Part shown: piece after piece, positions 28,419 through 37,826 of the stretch
Position numbering within the stretch: position 1 is the first letter of the stretch
How the letters are laid out: the number at the start of each line of letters is the position of its first letter
IMG/VR virus record: IMGVR_UViG_3300027908_000020
Location: 60,545 to 124,544 of that record
Reading direction: 5' to 3' (one strand)
Origin: a virus
DNA length: 64,000 bases
Notes under the pieces: generated by a model
What the model was told of the DNA's origin: nothing
The model's database searches: none
The model's input: only the letters and a program-made list of their open reading frames with translations
Program-made: the position numbers and the translations under genes

Positions 28419-29281
28419 AACGTGCTCTCGTACACAGTGGGGGAGCTGTAAAAGGGGCGTGGTGTGCGGGTGTCATTCAGCATTTGCTTGGTGATCTTGA
28501 GCTTCATTACGATATTATGGCTGGTACTTCTGTAGGAGCAATAAATACATCTTTTCTAGCTATGTTTAAGCAAGGCGAAGAAAAGCAAGCAGCTGAACTG
28601 ATGAAAAATTGGTGGCTTAAACTTGATAGCTCTAAAATATACAAACCATGGATGTTTTGGGGGAGAACAGCTGTAGCGTGGAAAAAATCTTTCTATGATA
28701 GTTCCCCACTACAAAATTTAATTCGAAAGAATATAAGTCTCGAAAAAATACGAGAGTCAGGCAAAAAAATAGCGATAGGTGCATTAAACCTTCACACAGG
28801 AAAATATGTGGTATTCGATCAAGATGATGATGATTTTATCGATGCTATTTTAGCATCATCTGCTTTTCCTTCCGCCCTTACTCCAATTAAAATTGGTAAT
28901 GATTTATATATAGATGGTGGGATGAAAACTATTAGTCCCATTAAGTTAGCTATTGAGATGGGAGCTGATGAGATAGATGTTATTACAACTTCTCCCAACA
29001 TCAGAGATAAAAAGTTTATAGCTGACCCAAATATAATAGATATTGTTATGAGGGCTTTTGATGTGGCAACAGATAAGATTTTGTCAAATGATATCGAATT
29101 AGCTACTATGTATAACAAACTAGCTGAAGTTGGTTCAACCGACAAAAAAGTTGTTAAACTTCGTATAATAAGACCACACTATAATTTGGTAAGTAATGTA
29201 TTTGATTTTGATCCAGTTAAGATAAAAGCTATGATTAATGACGGATATGAGGATGTAAAAAGCATTCTATCAGAAGGATAA
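28415..29281 (+). CDS. Patatin-like phospholipase
   Basis: SGGAVKG oxyanion loop, GTSVG nucleophile elbow, IDGG; ATG 28415 overlaps the endonuclease TGA (ATGA). Confidence 0.92.
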   Translation: MKRALVHSGGAVKGAWCAGVIQHLLGDLELHYDIMAGTSVGAINTSFLAMFKQGEEKQAAELMKNWWLKLDSSKIYKPWMFWGRTAVAWKKSFYDSSPLQNLIRKNISLEKIRESGKKIAIGALNLHTGKYVVFDQDDDDFIDAILASSAFPSALTPIKIGNDLYIDGGMKTISPIKLAIEMGADEIDVITTSPNIRDKKFIADPNIIDIVMRAFDVATDKILSNDIELATMYNKLAEVGSTDKKVVKLRIIRPHYNLVSNVFDFDPVKIKAMINDGYEDVKSILSEG

Positions 29282-29308
29282 TAATTACACATATATTTAA
29301 GGGTACAT

Positions 29309-29650
29309 ATGTCGACACCATCAAATCCTCTTGGGCCCATTACTTGGGGCCTAGATTTTAATTATTTTGGTAATATAACACCAGGCTCTTCCACTCCTGG
29401 TTCTTTCGCTACTAATTGTGATGTTGTTATCACGTTTCCAACTCAAACTATTATATTTTGGTTACCAACTAGTGGGGGTGGTTCTGTACAATATTCTTTC
29501 AATGGGAATACTATTCATGGAACTTTAGATAGTGCAGGTTTGTTGGGCCCCAACACACTTACATTTGAGAACAGACCAGTCTGTAAGATTTGGTTTGCAA
29601 AGACGGGCGGTACCCCGGTTGTTAGGGTTGAGGCTTGGGGAACAAGATAA
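29309..29650 (+). CDS. Small beta-rich virion-type protein, tandem paralog 1
   Basis: PLGPITWG.DFNYF...YSFNG.T.HG.LDS...FENR...KIWF, shared with the next gene. Confidence 0.6.
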   Translation: MSTPSNPLGPITWGLDFNYFGNITPGSSTPGSFATNCDVVITFPTQTIIFWLPTSGGGSVQYSFNGNTIHGTLDSAGLLGPNTLTFENRPVCKIWFAKTGGTPVVRVEAWGTR

Positions 29651-29672
29651 TGTATAAATTTAGGAGAACATA

Positions 29673-30005
29673 ATGGCATCCCCAACAGATCCACTAGCTC
29701 CTATAACATGGGGCAGAGATTGGAATTTTTTTCAAAAAGTCACCATTACAGCCGATGGGTATTTTAACAATGATGCTGATTTGTGTATAACATTTTCTAC
29801 ACAGTCGGTTATGATACTTAATTTAGGAACTGGTGTTGTTGAATACTCATTTAATGGTATGACTGTACATGGAGAATTAAATTCTGCTAATCCGAGCGCA
29901 GGAATGGCATTTGATAATAGAGTGATATCAAAAATTTGGTTTAGAGTGCAAACTGGCAGTACTGCCCCAATAACAGTTTCAGTTCAAGCTTGGGCAATTC
30001 GTTAA
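29673..30005 (+). CDS. Small beta-rich virion-type protein, tandem paralog 2
   Basis: PLAPITWG.DWNFF...YSFNG.T.HG.LNS...FDNR...KIWF. Confidence 0.6.
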   Translation: MASPTDPLAPITWGRDWNFFQKVTITADGYFNNDADLCITFSTQSVMILNLGTGVVEYSFNGMTVHGELNSANPSAGMAFDNRVISKIWFRVQTGSTAPITVSVQAWAIR

Positions 30006-30058
30006 TTCAAATAATTTCAATATGTTAAATAACTTGATATAGTAAGTGTGAGATTACA

Positions 30059-30361
30059 ATGGCTAGAAAACCAATAAATGAGAAAGAATCCAGAAGAAGA
30101 CTATTGAGTTTAGCTAGAGGCTATGGCGCCGAAGCTGAGCTTCTAAATATCTTTAAGAGATATGATGATCTCCTTAAAGGATGTAAAACAGACGAAGAAA
30201 AAAAAGCTGTAGCTACTATGGGCTGTCTTGAAGTGCACAATTTCTTTGGTGGAGATGGCGGTTTGACAGTGAGTGGGAAAGTAATTAAGGAAGATCCTTA
30301 TAAAAGGGATGTATCGGCTGTTACAACGGAAGAAACTTCGCTTAAACTCGGAAAGCAATGA
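30059..30361 (+). CDS. Hypothetical protein
   Basis: 100-aa ORF with a TGATATA box upstream; ATGA-coupled to the HNH gene. Confidence 0.6.
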   Translation: MARKPINEKESRRRLLSLARGYGAEAELLNIFKRYDDLLKGCKTDEEKKAVATMGCLEVHNFFGGDGGLTVSGKVIKEDPYKRDVSAVTTEETSLKLGKQ

Positions 30362-30945
30362 AACATTGTTGTAAGTGCAAAGATTTTACAGATGACTTTA
30401 ATAAAAATAAGTCGAAGGCCGATGGATTATCTACTGAGTGCAGAAAATGTACAAAGGTATATTTAGAAAACTATAGGCAGCAGCAAGACTATAAAGAGAA
30501 ACAAAAAGAATATATGAAAGAATATAGAGAAGATAATAAAGAAGATCTTGCTGCTAAGCATAAGATTTATATAGGAAATAATAAAGAAGCTGACATAAAA
30601 AGAAAAAGTGATTGGTATCAGAAAAATTCTGATAAAGTTAAGAAAAGAATTTATTCTTATAAAGATGAACATAAAGATCAATATAGATTATATGCAAATA
30701 AGCGAATAGCATCAAAGAAAACGGTTATGGTGGAGAATTTTACATTTGATAATATTATTGAAAAATATGGCGACAAATGTGTATATTGTAGCGGAATATT
30801 TGAGCATATAGATCACTATGTTCCGCTATCAAAAGGCGGTGAACATACGCTTGAAAATGTTCGGCCTTCCTGTGCAAGATGTAACTTGACAAAGAACAAC
30901 AAAATGCCAGAAGATTTTATGAAGACATTAAGAAATAAAAAGTAG
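30358..30945 (+). CDS. HNH homing endonuclease
   Basis: CVYC...[30 protein letters not shown]; N-terminal CxxC...CxxC finger. Confidence 0.9.
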   Translation: MKHCCKCKDFTDDFNKNKSKADGLSTECRKCTKVYLENYRQQQDYKEKQKEYMKEYREDNKEDLAAKHKIYIGNNKEADIKRKSDWYQKNSDKVKKRIYSYKDEHKDQYRLYANKRIASKKTVMVENFTFDNIIEKYGDKCVYCSGIFEHIDHYVPLSKGGEHTLENVRPSCARCNLTKNNKMPEDFMKTLRNKK

Positions 30946-30953
30946 GATATGTT

Positions 30954-31172
30954 ATGAATGAAGTTAAGAATGGTATTATAATTTGGTTCGATGTCAAAAA
31001 AGGGTATGGTTTCATTGGTCAAGAAAACAACGAACCAGATTTGTTTGTACATTTTTCAGATATAAATTCTGAAGGATTTAAGACACTCCAAAAAGATCAA
31101 AAGGTATCATATGAAGTAGGTCTTAATAAACGTGGACAACCTAAAGCCACAAATGTGATCCCACATAAATAA
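30954..31172 (+). CDS. cspA: Cold-shock domain protein
   Basis: [11 protein letters not shown] (RNP1), LFVHFSDI (RNP2), [13 protein letters not shown]...G.P.ATNV. Confidence 0.93.
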   Translation: MNEVKNGIIIWFDVKKGYGFIGQENNEPDLFVHFSDINSEGFKTLQKDQKVSYEVGLNKRGQPKATNVIPHK

Positions 31173-31173
31173 G

Positions 31174-31674
31174 TTATTTATGTAAGAATGTTTGCAATAT
31201 TGTAAATATTGTCCCAACACCAGCACTCCCTAGAATAATAACTAATCTAAATAGATTTTTTTCTATTTCTGATATCTTGGCTTTAACTTCTGTGTCAAGC
31301 TGTTTAGTTATTGCATCAGTTGAATCTTTTAGTTTTGAGCCGCTAGACTTTAGTTCGCCCATCTCTTTTTTAAGATCGCTGATATCGGATGATAGATCTT
31401 TGAGCAGTTCGATAATAACTCCATGATCATGAGCGTTATCGTCTACCAGAAGCTCCTCTACTTTGGCATCTGAAGCTTTTGTTATTTTCAGATCTTCCTC
31501 AAATTTAGCAGCAGCCTCCTTAAAGTATTCTAGAGTATTTAGTATTTGATCGTTCTGTTTCTCAACCTCAACATAGATCTCTATTGCTTTTTCATTTACC
31601 TCTAGAATGTACTTCAGATCTGAAGAAGTGAATGCTGTCTCACTCTCCGACTTAACTTTTTTATCATTTGTCAT
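31174..31674 (-). CDS. Coiled-coil protein with a C-terminal transmembrane helix
   Basis: Heptad pattern ending in LVIILGSAGVGTIFTILQTFL. Confidence 0.65.
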   Translation of the reverse strand: MTNDKKVKSESETAFTSSDLKYILEVNEKAIEIYVEVEKQNDQILNTLEYFKEAAAKFEEDLKITKASDAKVEELLVDDNAHDHGVIIELLKDLSSDISDLKKEMGELKSSGSKLKDSTDAITKQLDTEVKAKISEIEKNLFRLVIILGSAGVGTIFTILQTFLHK

Positions 31675-31686
31675 GATATCCCTAAA

Positions 31687-31842
31687 TTATTGAGGGCTTA
31701 GTTTTTTCTGTTTTATTTTTTTCAAGATTTCGTCGCACTTCTCATTCAAAATTTTGTACTTGGCAATGATGTCGTATGGCAATCTAACTATTTCAACATG
31801 AGCTCGTTCATGTGGATGTTTTAATTCTTTTTCGGCAGGCAT
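31687..31842 (-). CDS. Small protein (51 aa, MPAEKELKHPHERAHVEIVRLPYDIIAKYKILNEKCDEILKKIKQKKLSPQ); not in the ORF track
   Basis: AAGGAA upstream; fills the gap between two minus-strand genes. Confidence 0.65.
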   Translation of the reverse strand: MPAEKELKHPHERAHVEIVRLPYDIIAKYKILNEKCDEILKKIKQKKLSPQ

Positions 31843-31851
31843 AGGTGTTCC

Positions 31852-33093
31852 TTATTTCTTGTCTGTCCACTTGCCCAAATGATCTTGCTCCGCTGTATCA
31901 GCGTTATCCTTAGCAAAATCATCATCAGACAAGTTTAGCTCTTCGTATTTAATATTCTCAACTTCTACAGAAGAGCGTTGGTGGGTTGGAAATATTGCGT
32001 CTTCTTGGAAAGGAATTACATCCTTTTTCTTTACGCCGGGTGGAACTTGTCTTACTACAACTTTATCACTTTTAGCAAAAAGAGACCCGGATGTAGCTGA
32101 TTTGATTAGTTGTTCTTCAGTATAATAATGATGTCTTTTGTCTAAAAGATTCATAGACGTCATAGGCTGGATGTGCAGTGCTAAGTCGCCCAAACTAACG
32201 ACTCTTTTGGATATATTGGTAATCCAAAAGAAATTCTCTGGTCGACGCTGAAAATTTTTCATCTCATAGTAATGTTTTTTTATTAGCAAGTGTTTTATTT
32301 TATCGTGTTTTCTATCAAGGTAGATAGATGCATTTTTGTATAAAAATTCAACAATATTTTTAACCTGTCTGTTTCCATTAAAATTTATTACAAAAGTAGA
32401 ATCATAAGTTTTAACCCTGTTAGTATTAATATTAATATCACATTCTCGTTCTAATATTGCATTATAGTTGTGTAAAAATTCATAAGTGCCGCGTACACTG
32501 AAATGCGCTTGCTGTATTGTGCGGTCTTTTTGAAGTTTAATTAATCTTAAACAACCATCACCATCAAGGTACCCACGCATAAAATGATTGGATAGGGGAT
32601 GATTTAATATAAATTTTGGAAAAGTGTAGAGAAATGTTTTATTATTAATTACATTGAATTTTTCAAGATCATTACATACAGTTTTAGAAACTAATGATAT
32701 TTGACAGCACTTGTATCCTTCTTTACTAGTGTATATTTTAATTGGATTATTACTATCGAATAATTTTTTTATCTTTTCTAAATGATCAATATCTTTTAAT
32801 GATATGGAAATTTTTAATATTTTACTATATTTTCTATTTTGTATAGCTCCATCTGCCGCAATAAATCCAGCAAGATAAAATGATTCTTCACTATCAGATT
32901 GAAAAATTTTTTCATTGAATGAATATATTCCAGTATAATGTTTTGAATAATTAATTTGATATAATTTCATATATTTGTATATAGAATCTACGGATACATT
33001 TAACGCGTCCGACATTTTCTGCATGGATCCGTATATTTTATAGTTATATTCCAGCATTTCTCTTGAGAAGAGATTTGATATATTTTGCACCAT
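31852..33093 (-). CDS. LAGLIDADG endonuclease fused in frame to a 136-aa phage protein (internal Met at 32262)
   Basis: LAGFIAADG and FMRGYLDGDG in residues 1-270; an unrelated C-terminal domain (FWITNISKRVVSLGDL...) with different composition. Confidence 0.8.
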   Translation of the reverse strand: MVQNISNLFSREMLEYNYKIYGSMQKMSDALNVSVDSIYKYMKLYQINYSKHYTGIYSFNEKIFQSDSEESFYLAGFIAADGAIQNRKYSKILKISISLKDIDHLEKIKKLFDSNNPIKIYTSKEGYKCCQISLVSKTVCNDLEKFNVINNKTFLYTFPKFILNHPLSNHFMRGYLDGDGCLRLIKLQKDRTIQQAHFSVRGTYEFLHNYNAILERECDININTNRVKTYDSTFVINFNGNRQVKNIVEFLYKNASIYLDRKHDKIKHLLIKKHYYEMKNFQRRPENFFWITNISKRVVSLGDLALHIQPMTSMNLLDKRHHYYTEEQLIKSATSGSLFAKSDKVVVRQVPPGVKKKDVIPFQEDAIFPTHQRSSVEVENIKYEELNLSDDDFAKDNADTAEQDHLGKWTDKK

Positions 33094-33147
33094 ACATAAT
33101 TATATATCATTGGTATGTAATATTTTAACACGATCCTGGGAATAAAT

Positions 33148-34056
33148 ATGGCCGGTCTTACTGTTCTTACTACAAGAAATCAATTAATCGATCTTAATGA
33201 TACTGTACAGCTCGTTGTTCAGTTTAACGATATGTATGGTAATCCAATCACATTAGATGCTTTTCCAACGATTTCTATCGTATCTCCATCAGGATTAGTT
33301 ATTAATACACCTACTAGTGCTGGCGTGATGCAACTTGATGTTGGGAAATATCAATTCAATTTCACCGTTCCATTTGATGGGCCATATGGCGTATGGAATG
33401 ATGTATGGCTTGGAAGCTGGAATGGAAATCAGGTTTCAACTACATTACAATTTGTTGTAGCACACACCGATCTTCCGGCTATTAATACAGATGGATATGT
33501 AGCTCTTGGCGATGATCCAGGGTATCACTACTCGCAGATTGCAATACTAAATATCAACAAACTGATGAAAACCCTGCGTTCGCGCCTCAATAGTTCGGGC
33601 AAGGCCAAGAGTACCGATAACTATGGCAATGTTATATATGTGGACTGTGATATCTTCTCAGTTGATATGCTGACTTCATTCATAGCCAATGCTATTTCAG
33701 ATTTTAATCAAGTTCCATACTTCACGTTCTTTACGCTTGAAGATACCCCTATCATAGATCAATTCCATGACATACTAGTTGAGGGGGCAACTTTAATGGC
33801 TCTAGCAAGCCAAGCGCTAATCGAGCGGGGTAGAGAGTTCCAGATTAGCGATAATGGTGTAAACTTTACGCCACCTACGGTTAGCGAATTACTTAATACT
33901 CAGTATAGTACGTTGCTTACAAATTACTATGATAAGCTAAAATATATCAAAAATTCGATGCGTCCCGCACCAAGAGGACTCGGAACTCTGAGGCCTTTGG
34001 CAACTAATCCACAGTTCCTTCGTCTTAGGCACCTACGGGCTCGTCAAATAATCTAG
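33148..34056 (+). CDS. Probable head-to-tail adaptor/neck protein with an N-terminal Ig-like domain
   Basis: beta-rich N-terminus (GKYQFNFTVP, GVWNDVW); helical C-terminus with FQISDNGVNFTP; position. Confidence 0.55.
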   Translation: MAGLTVLTTRNQLIDLNDTVQLVVQFNDMYGNPITLDAFPTISIVSPSGLVINTPTSAGVMQLDVGKYQFNFTVPFDGPYGVWNDVWLGSWNGNQVSTTLQFVVAHTDLPAINTDGYVALGDDPGYHYSQIAILNINKLMKTLRSRLNSSGKAKSTDNYGNVIYVDCDIFSVDMLTSFIANAISDFNQVPYFTFFTLEDTPIIDQFHDILVEGATLMALASQALIERGREFQISDNGVNFTPPTVSELLNTQYSTLLTNYYDKLKYIKNSMRPAPRGLGTLRPLATNPQFLRLRHLRARQII

Positions 34057-34109
34057 TGATTTCAAGTACTTACATCAATTATCGCAGTTAAAATTTTCAA
34101 TTGTCGCAC

Positions 34110-34138
34110 TTGACAAGCAGCTGATATATACTTATATT
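34110..34138 (+). promoter_or_regulatory. Sigma70-type promoter of the double LAGLIDADG gene
   Basis: TTGACA-17 nt-TATATT, with TGATATA in the spacer. Confidence 0.75.
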
Positions 34139-34152
34139 AGAGGCAGGGTAAA

Positions 34153-35739
34153 ATGCGAAAGAAAATAGAAATCGATACGGAAACATTAATTGAAGCATAC
34201 AAAAAATCTGGACGGTCTTTAAGAAAGACAGCGAAAATTTTGGGCACTTCAGAGAAGACGATTCAGCGTCGTCTTAAGGAAATCAATTATAATTATGAAA
34301 GTAAAAAGAAATATTTTTGTAATGAGCAATTCTTTGATAAATTAGACGAGAAATCGTTATATTGGCTCGGATTTTTAGCTACTGATGGAAATATTAGTTT
34401 TCCAAATGAATTAAGATTTGGATTAGCCATCAAGGATCGTGCGCATTTAATAAAATTTAAAATAGATATTAATTCTAATTCTCCAATACATGACTACATA
34501 GCAAAAAGAAATAATGAAAAATTCAAAAAATCTGAATATCCATATTCTACTATCTCTATTTCATCTAAAAAAATATGTGATAAACTTGCTGAATATAATA
34601 TAGTTCCGGCTAAAACTTATACTTATGAATTTCCAAATCAACTGCTTAATACCCCAGAAGTTCGTCATTTCATTAGAGGTTGTATAGATGGAGATGGCTC
34701 GGAAGGATTAAGATTCAATAAAGAAAATAATCCATGTCAGGCGCGAGTTTCAATGTCTGGAAATCCTAAATTTGTCAATCAAGTTTTTGATTTGATAAAA
34801 GAAAAGTGCCACCTGTCAAAAGACAGTGGCACTTTTTATTCCGAAGACACCTGGGCAAAATTTGAATTTGCCGGACACGAAGATATATTAAAAATTAAAG
34901 ATTTTCTTTATAAAGATGCGACCGTCTTTTTAGAAAGAAAATATAAAAATATATCTAGGATAGATGACATAATAGAAAATTCAAAGTTATTTATAGTTGA
35001 TTCACAAATACTTCAAAATAAATATAATGAACTAGGATCTTTTGCAGCAGTTGCAAAAGAATTTGATGTTTGTAATTCTACAATAAAAAGAAAAATGGAT
35101 AAACTTAATTTAGAATATAAAGATTTATCACAAATGAAGCATAACGAAAATATATTTGGAATAGAGCATGAATGTGAGAAACAATTTTATCTCGCCGGAT
35201 ATCTTGCAACCAAATCTTCTATTAGAATTTATTCAGAAAATAAACAATCAATAACTATATCAAATAAAAATAAAGATGAAATAGGATTTATTAAAAATTT
35301 AATGGAAACAGATGCAATTATAAACGGTGATAGTTTATATAATATTTCATTATTTAATAAGAAAATTATTTCAGATTTAGTAAGATTTGGTATTAATTCA
35401 AATAAATTGAAGGAATATTCAATACCAAATTGGATCGTTAATCACAATGCTATTAATCATTTTGTACGAGGATGTTTAGATGGTAAAAGTTGTTTGTCCG
35501 ATAAATCACAACTTATATTAGAAATAACGGGCCCACTGGGATATTTGTCAGATATAAAAAATATATTTATAGATAAATGTAATTTAACTTCTACAAATGA
35601 AATACGTAGTAGAAAAAATAAAGATAGTCATCGTCTCACTTATTCTGGTAATTCTGTTATTAAAATCGCTCAATTCCTCTACAAGGACGCAACTATCTTC
35701 CTGCCACGTAAACGAGAAATAATTCAGCACCTGCTATAG
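34153..35739 (+). CDS. Internally duplicated HTH-LAGLIDADG endonuclease, second copy degenerate
   Basis: WLGFLATDG / FIRGCIDGDG, then LAGYLATKS / FVRGCLDGKS; both halves end FLYKDAT.FL.RK. Confidence 0.88.
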   Translation: MRKKIEIDTETLIEAYKKSGRSLRKTAKILGTSEKTIQRRLKEINYNYESKKKYFCNEQFFDKLDEKSLYWLGFLATDGNISFPNELRFGLAIKDRAHLIKFKIDINSNSPIHDYIAKRNNEKFKKSEYPYSTISISSKKICDKLAEYNIVPAKTYTYEFPNQLLNTPEVRHFIRGCIDGDGSEGLRFNKENNPCQARVSMSGNPKFVNQVFDLIKEKCHLSKDSGTFYSEDTWAKFEFAGHEDILKIKDFLYKDATVFLERKYKNISRIDDIIENSKLFIVDSQILQNKYNELGSFAAVAKEFDVCNSTIKRKMDKLNLEYKDLSQMKHNENIFGIEHECEKQFYLAGYLATKSSIRIYSENKQSITISNKNKDEIGFIKNLMETDAIINGDSLYNISLFNKKIISDLVRFGINSNKLKEYSIPNWIVNHNAINHFVRGCLDGKSCLSDKSQLILEITGPLGYLSDIKNIFIDKCNLTSTNEIRSRKNKDSHRLTYSGNSVIKIAQFLYKDATIFLPRKREIIQHLL

Positions 35740-36009
35740 TAATATTCTTAATTTATTGAATTTTTCGACCTGTCCCTCTGGAATCAAGTATAATTTATTT
35801 TCAATCAATTTTTGGTCGCAATAATCCATTGCAGCATCAGCGGTTTCAAATCCATAACCATAAATGATATTTTTTCCTTTCATAAACCTAAAAGACCATT
35901 TCTTTTTTCTGCTAGGATAGTAGTAAACTTCTGCACACAAGTCTCCATTCATATCTTTTCTGTTCGGGTAGCCACGTATTACTTCTGTCCAAGGCAACAA
36001 ATAAATCAT
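35734..36009 (-). CDS. Hypothetical protein (aromatic-rich)
   Basis: 91-aa ORF in the minus-strand cluster; shares a CTATAG stop overlap with the endonuclease. Confidence 0.6.
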   Translation of the reverse strand: MIYLLPWTEVIRGYPNRKDMNGDLCAEVYYYPSRKKKWSFRFMKGKNIIYGYGFETADAAMDYCDQKLIENKLYLIPEGQVEKFNKLRILL

Positions 36010-36024
36010 CTTACTTTTTCTTTC

Positions 36025-36537
36025 TTACATATCAAAATCAATTATTTCAATATGCTTGCCAGGTACCTGGGTCATACCATTTGTTTGGTAAACTTTATTA
36101 TCGGCACCTCGGATTGGAGTGCTACTTACGGCATAATAACGTTCCAAATTTTCTACAATTTTATTAACACCGTCGATTTTTGTTAACGCATTATTATCAA
36201 CAGCAGTTAATGAAATGTAAATATATACAATAGAGCTACTATTCAGCTTTCCAGTAGCATCAGCTACCATAAATTTATTTGTTCCAACAATTACATCTAT
36301 AAGATGTTGTAAATCAGTAATATTTAATTTAACAACAGAATTATCTTGTGGTTTTAATTTCCATTTATCTTTAAATGTTTCCCAATCTGTACTAAGCTGT
36401 TTCCAATTCTTTGGGTCTGTTACATAAGAATAATATTGTGTTGGGTGCTTCACCATAGTCACAACGTCTTGCTGTTGGCAACACTTATGTTCATATGTAG
36501 TAGCTAATTTAAATATATTTTTTGCTTTTAAAATCAT
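36025..36537 (-). CDS. Hypothetical protein (N-terminal IFKLA motif)
   Basis: 170-aa ORF in the minus-strand cluster. Confidence 0.55.
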   Translation of the reverse strand: MILKAKNIFKLATTYEHKCCQQQDVVTMVKHPTQYYSYVTDPKNWKQLSTDWETFKDKWKLKPQDNSVVKLNITDLQHLIDVIVGTNKFMVADATGKLNSSSIVYIYISLTAVDNNALTKIDGVNKIVENLERYYAVSSTPIRGADNKVYQTNGMTQVPGKHIEIIDFDM

Positions 36538-36630
36538 GGGATGTTATGATGTATGTACAGATATATAATATCACAATATATTAGTATGAATATAAGTTTC
36601 CCAGATTTTGAAGCCTTAAACTATTATTGA

Positions 36631-37179
36631 CTATTTTTCATCTTCTGTCTTACAGCACAGCTCCGAGATTTCTTCGTCATTTAAGTTTCTTAGCTCAATA
36701 ATAAAATGAACTACTTTTTTAGTCTCTTCGTGTGTTAGTCTATCACCACGTAATTTGTTGCAGAATCCGCAAGAGCTGCAAATATTTCCTGGCACGTACC
36801 CTTTATTATTATCTATTCTGTCTAACCCACTACCAACTTTATTAGTTCCGAGTAGCCCATTACAGTAGGAACATGGCTGTTCGGCAAATTGTTTGAATTC
36901 ATCAAAAGATAAAGTCCATTCCTTTTTTCTTTTAATAGCACTATACATTGATTTTTTAAATCTCTGATCTACTCTTTCATTTTTCAATCTATGATAAGTT
37001 TTCCATTTTTCAAAATTTTTCTTTTTGTAAGTTCGCTGGTACTCTTTACTTTTTTCTGGATTCTTATCTCTAAATTTTTTAGTACGTTTTCTCTGGTCAG
37101 CATTTATTTTATCGCGTCCGTGCTTTTCAATGTATCTTTTTCTGTATTCGAGTCGTTTTTCTTTGGTGATGAATGACAT
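36631..37179 (-). CDS. HNH-like homing endonuclease
   Basis: CSYC..GSGLDRIDNNKGYVPGNICSSCGFCNKLR; overlaps the 2H gene by 76 nt. Confidence 0.85.
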   Translation of the reverse strand: MSFITKEKRLEYRKRYIEKHGRDKINADQRKRTKKFRDKNPEKSKEYQRTYKKKNFEKWKTYHRLKNERVDQRFKKSMYSAIKRKKEWTLSFDEFKQFAEQPCSYCNGLLGTNKVGSGLDRIDNNKGYVPGNICSSCGFCNKLRGDRLTHEETKKVVHFIIELRNLNDEEISELCCKTEDEK

Positions 37180-37703
37180 TTTTTATCCCCATCACCATTA
37201 TATATCCCATCAAGAGGGAATGTAATAAAAATTCGGCTGTCTCCATTTGAACCGCCCCAAAGGACAAGTTCTTGAACTGACCATTCGATAGGTTCTATCT
37301 TTGTCTTTTTGATGTTGGTATCGTTGAACGATAGCGTAACGTGCGGATGGTAGACCTTGAATCTTTTGTCATAATCAATTTTAGCACGTCCAAATGTTTT
37401 GGCAAGATTCTTACGAAGTTCATGTAGCTTCGGTGAAATGACCGGAGCTACAATTGGGAATGGCATGCCATCTGGTACTGGGAAATAGTTAACGCAGTTA
37501 AGGCTAACCCAAAATGGGGAAGTATCCTTCGTCACGCTATAGGTTGCTACCATAGCTCTAGCGAGTTCTTCTACGGAGACATCCTTCCCAAGATAAAGTA
37601 AAGTGATATGTAAGTGTGCAGAGTCTTCTTTTTCGCCAGGTACATCAATTTCGTGAATTAACCTAGCAGCCTCGTGCGGAGCACGAATTCCTAAAAACGC
37701 CAT
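37104..37703 (-). CDS. 2H phosphoesterase (LigT/Acb1-like)
   Basis: Two HxT motifs: LHITLLYLG and PHVTLSF. Confidence 0.88.
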   Translation of the reverse strand: MAFLGIRAPHEAARLIHEIDVPGEKEDSAHLHITLLYLGKDVSVEELARAMVATYSVTKDTSPFWVSLNCVNYFPVPDGMPFPIVAPVISPKLHELRKNLAKTFGRAKIDYDKRFKVYHPHVTLSFNDTNIKKTKIEPIEWSVQELVLWGGSNGDSRIFITFPLDGIYNGDGDKKCHSSPKKNDSNTEKDTLKSTDAIK

Positions 37704-37826
37704 GTATTTCTAACCTTATGCTATTATAACAAAAAATGCAAACCATCAACAATATAAACTCTTGTATAATTTCTGTAAAGGTTTGTTTATTATGAATATA
37801 TTTGTATATTATGGAACGGTGGACTT

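Noticed and set aside
35734-35739. CTATAG palindrome shared by two convergent stops
   Set aside because: It follows automatically from a 6-nt overlap of two TAG-ending genes and needs no further explanation.
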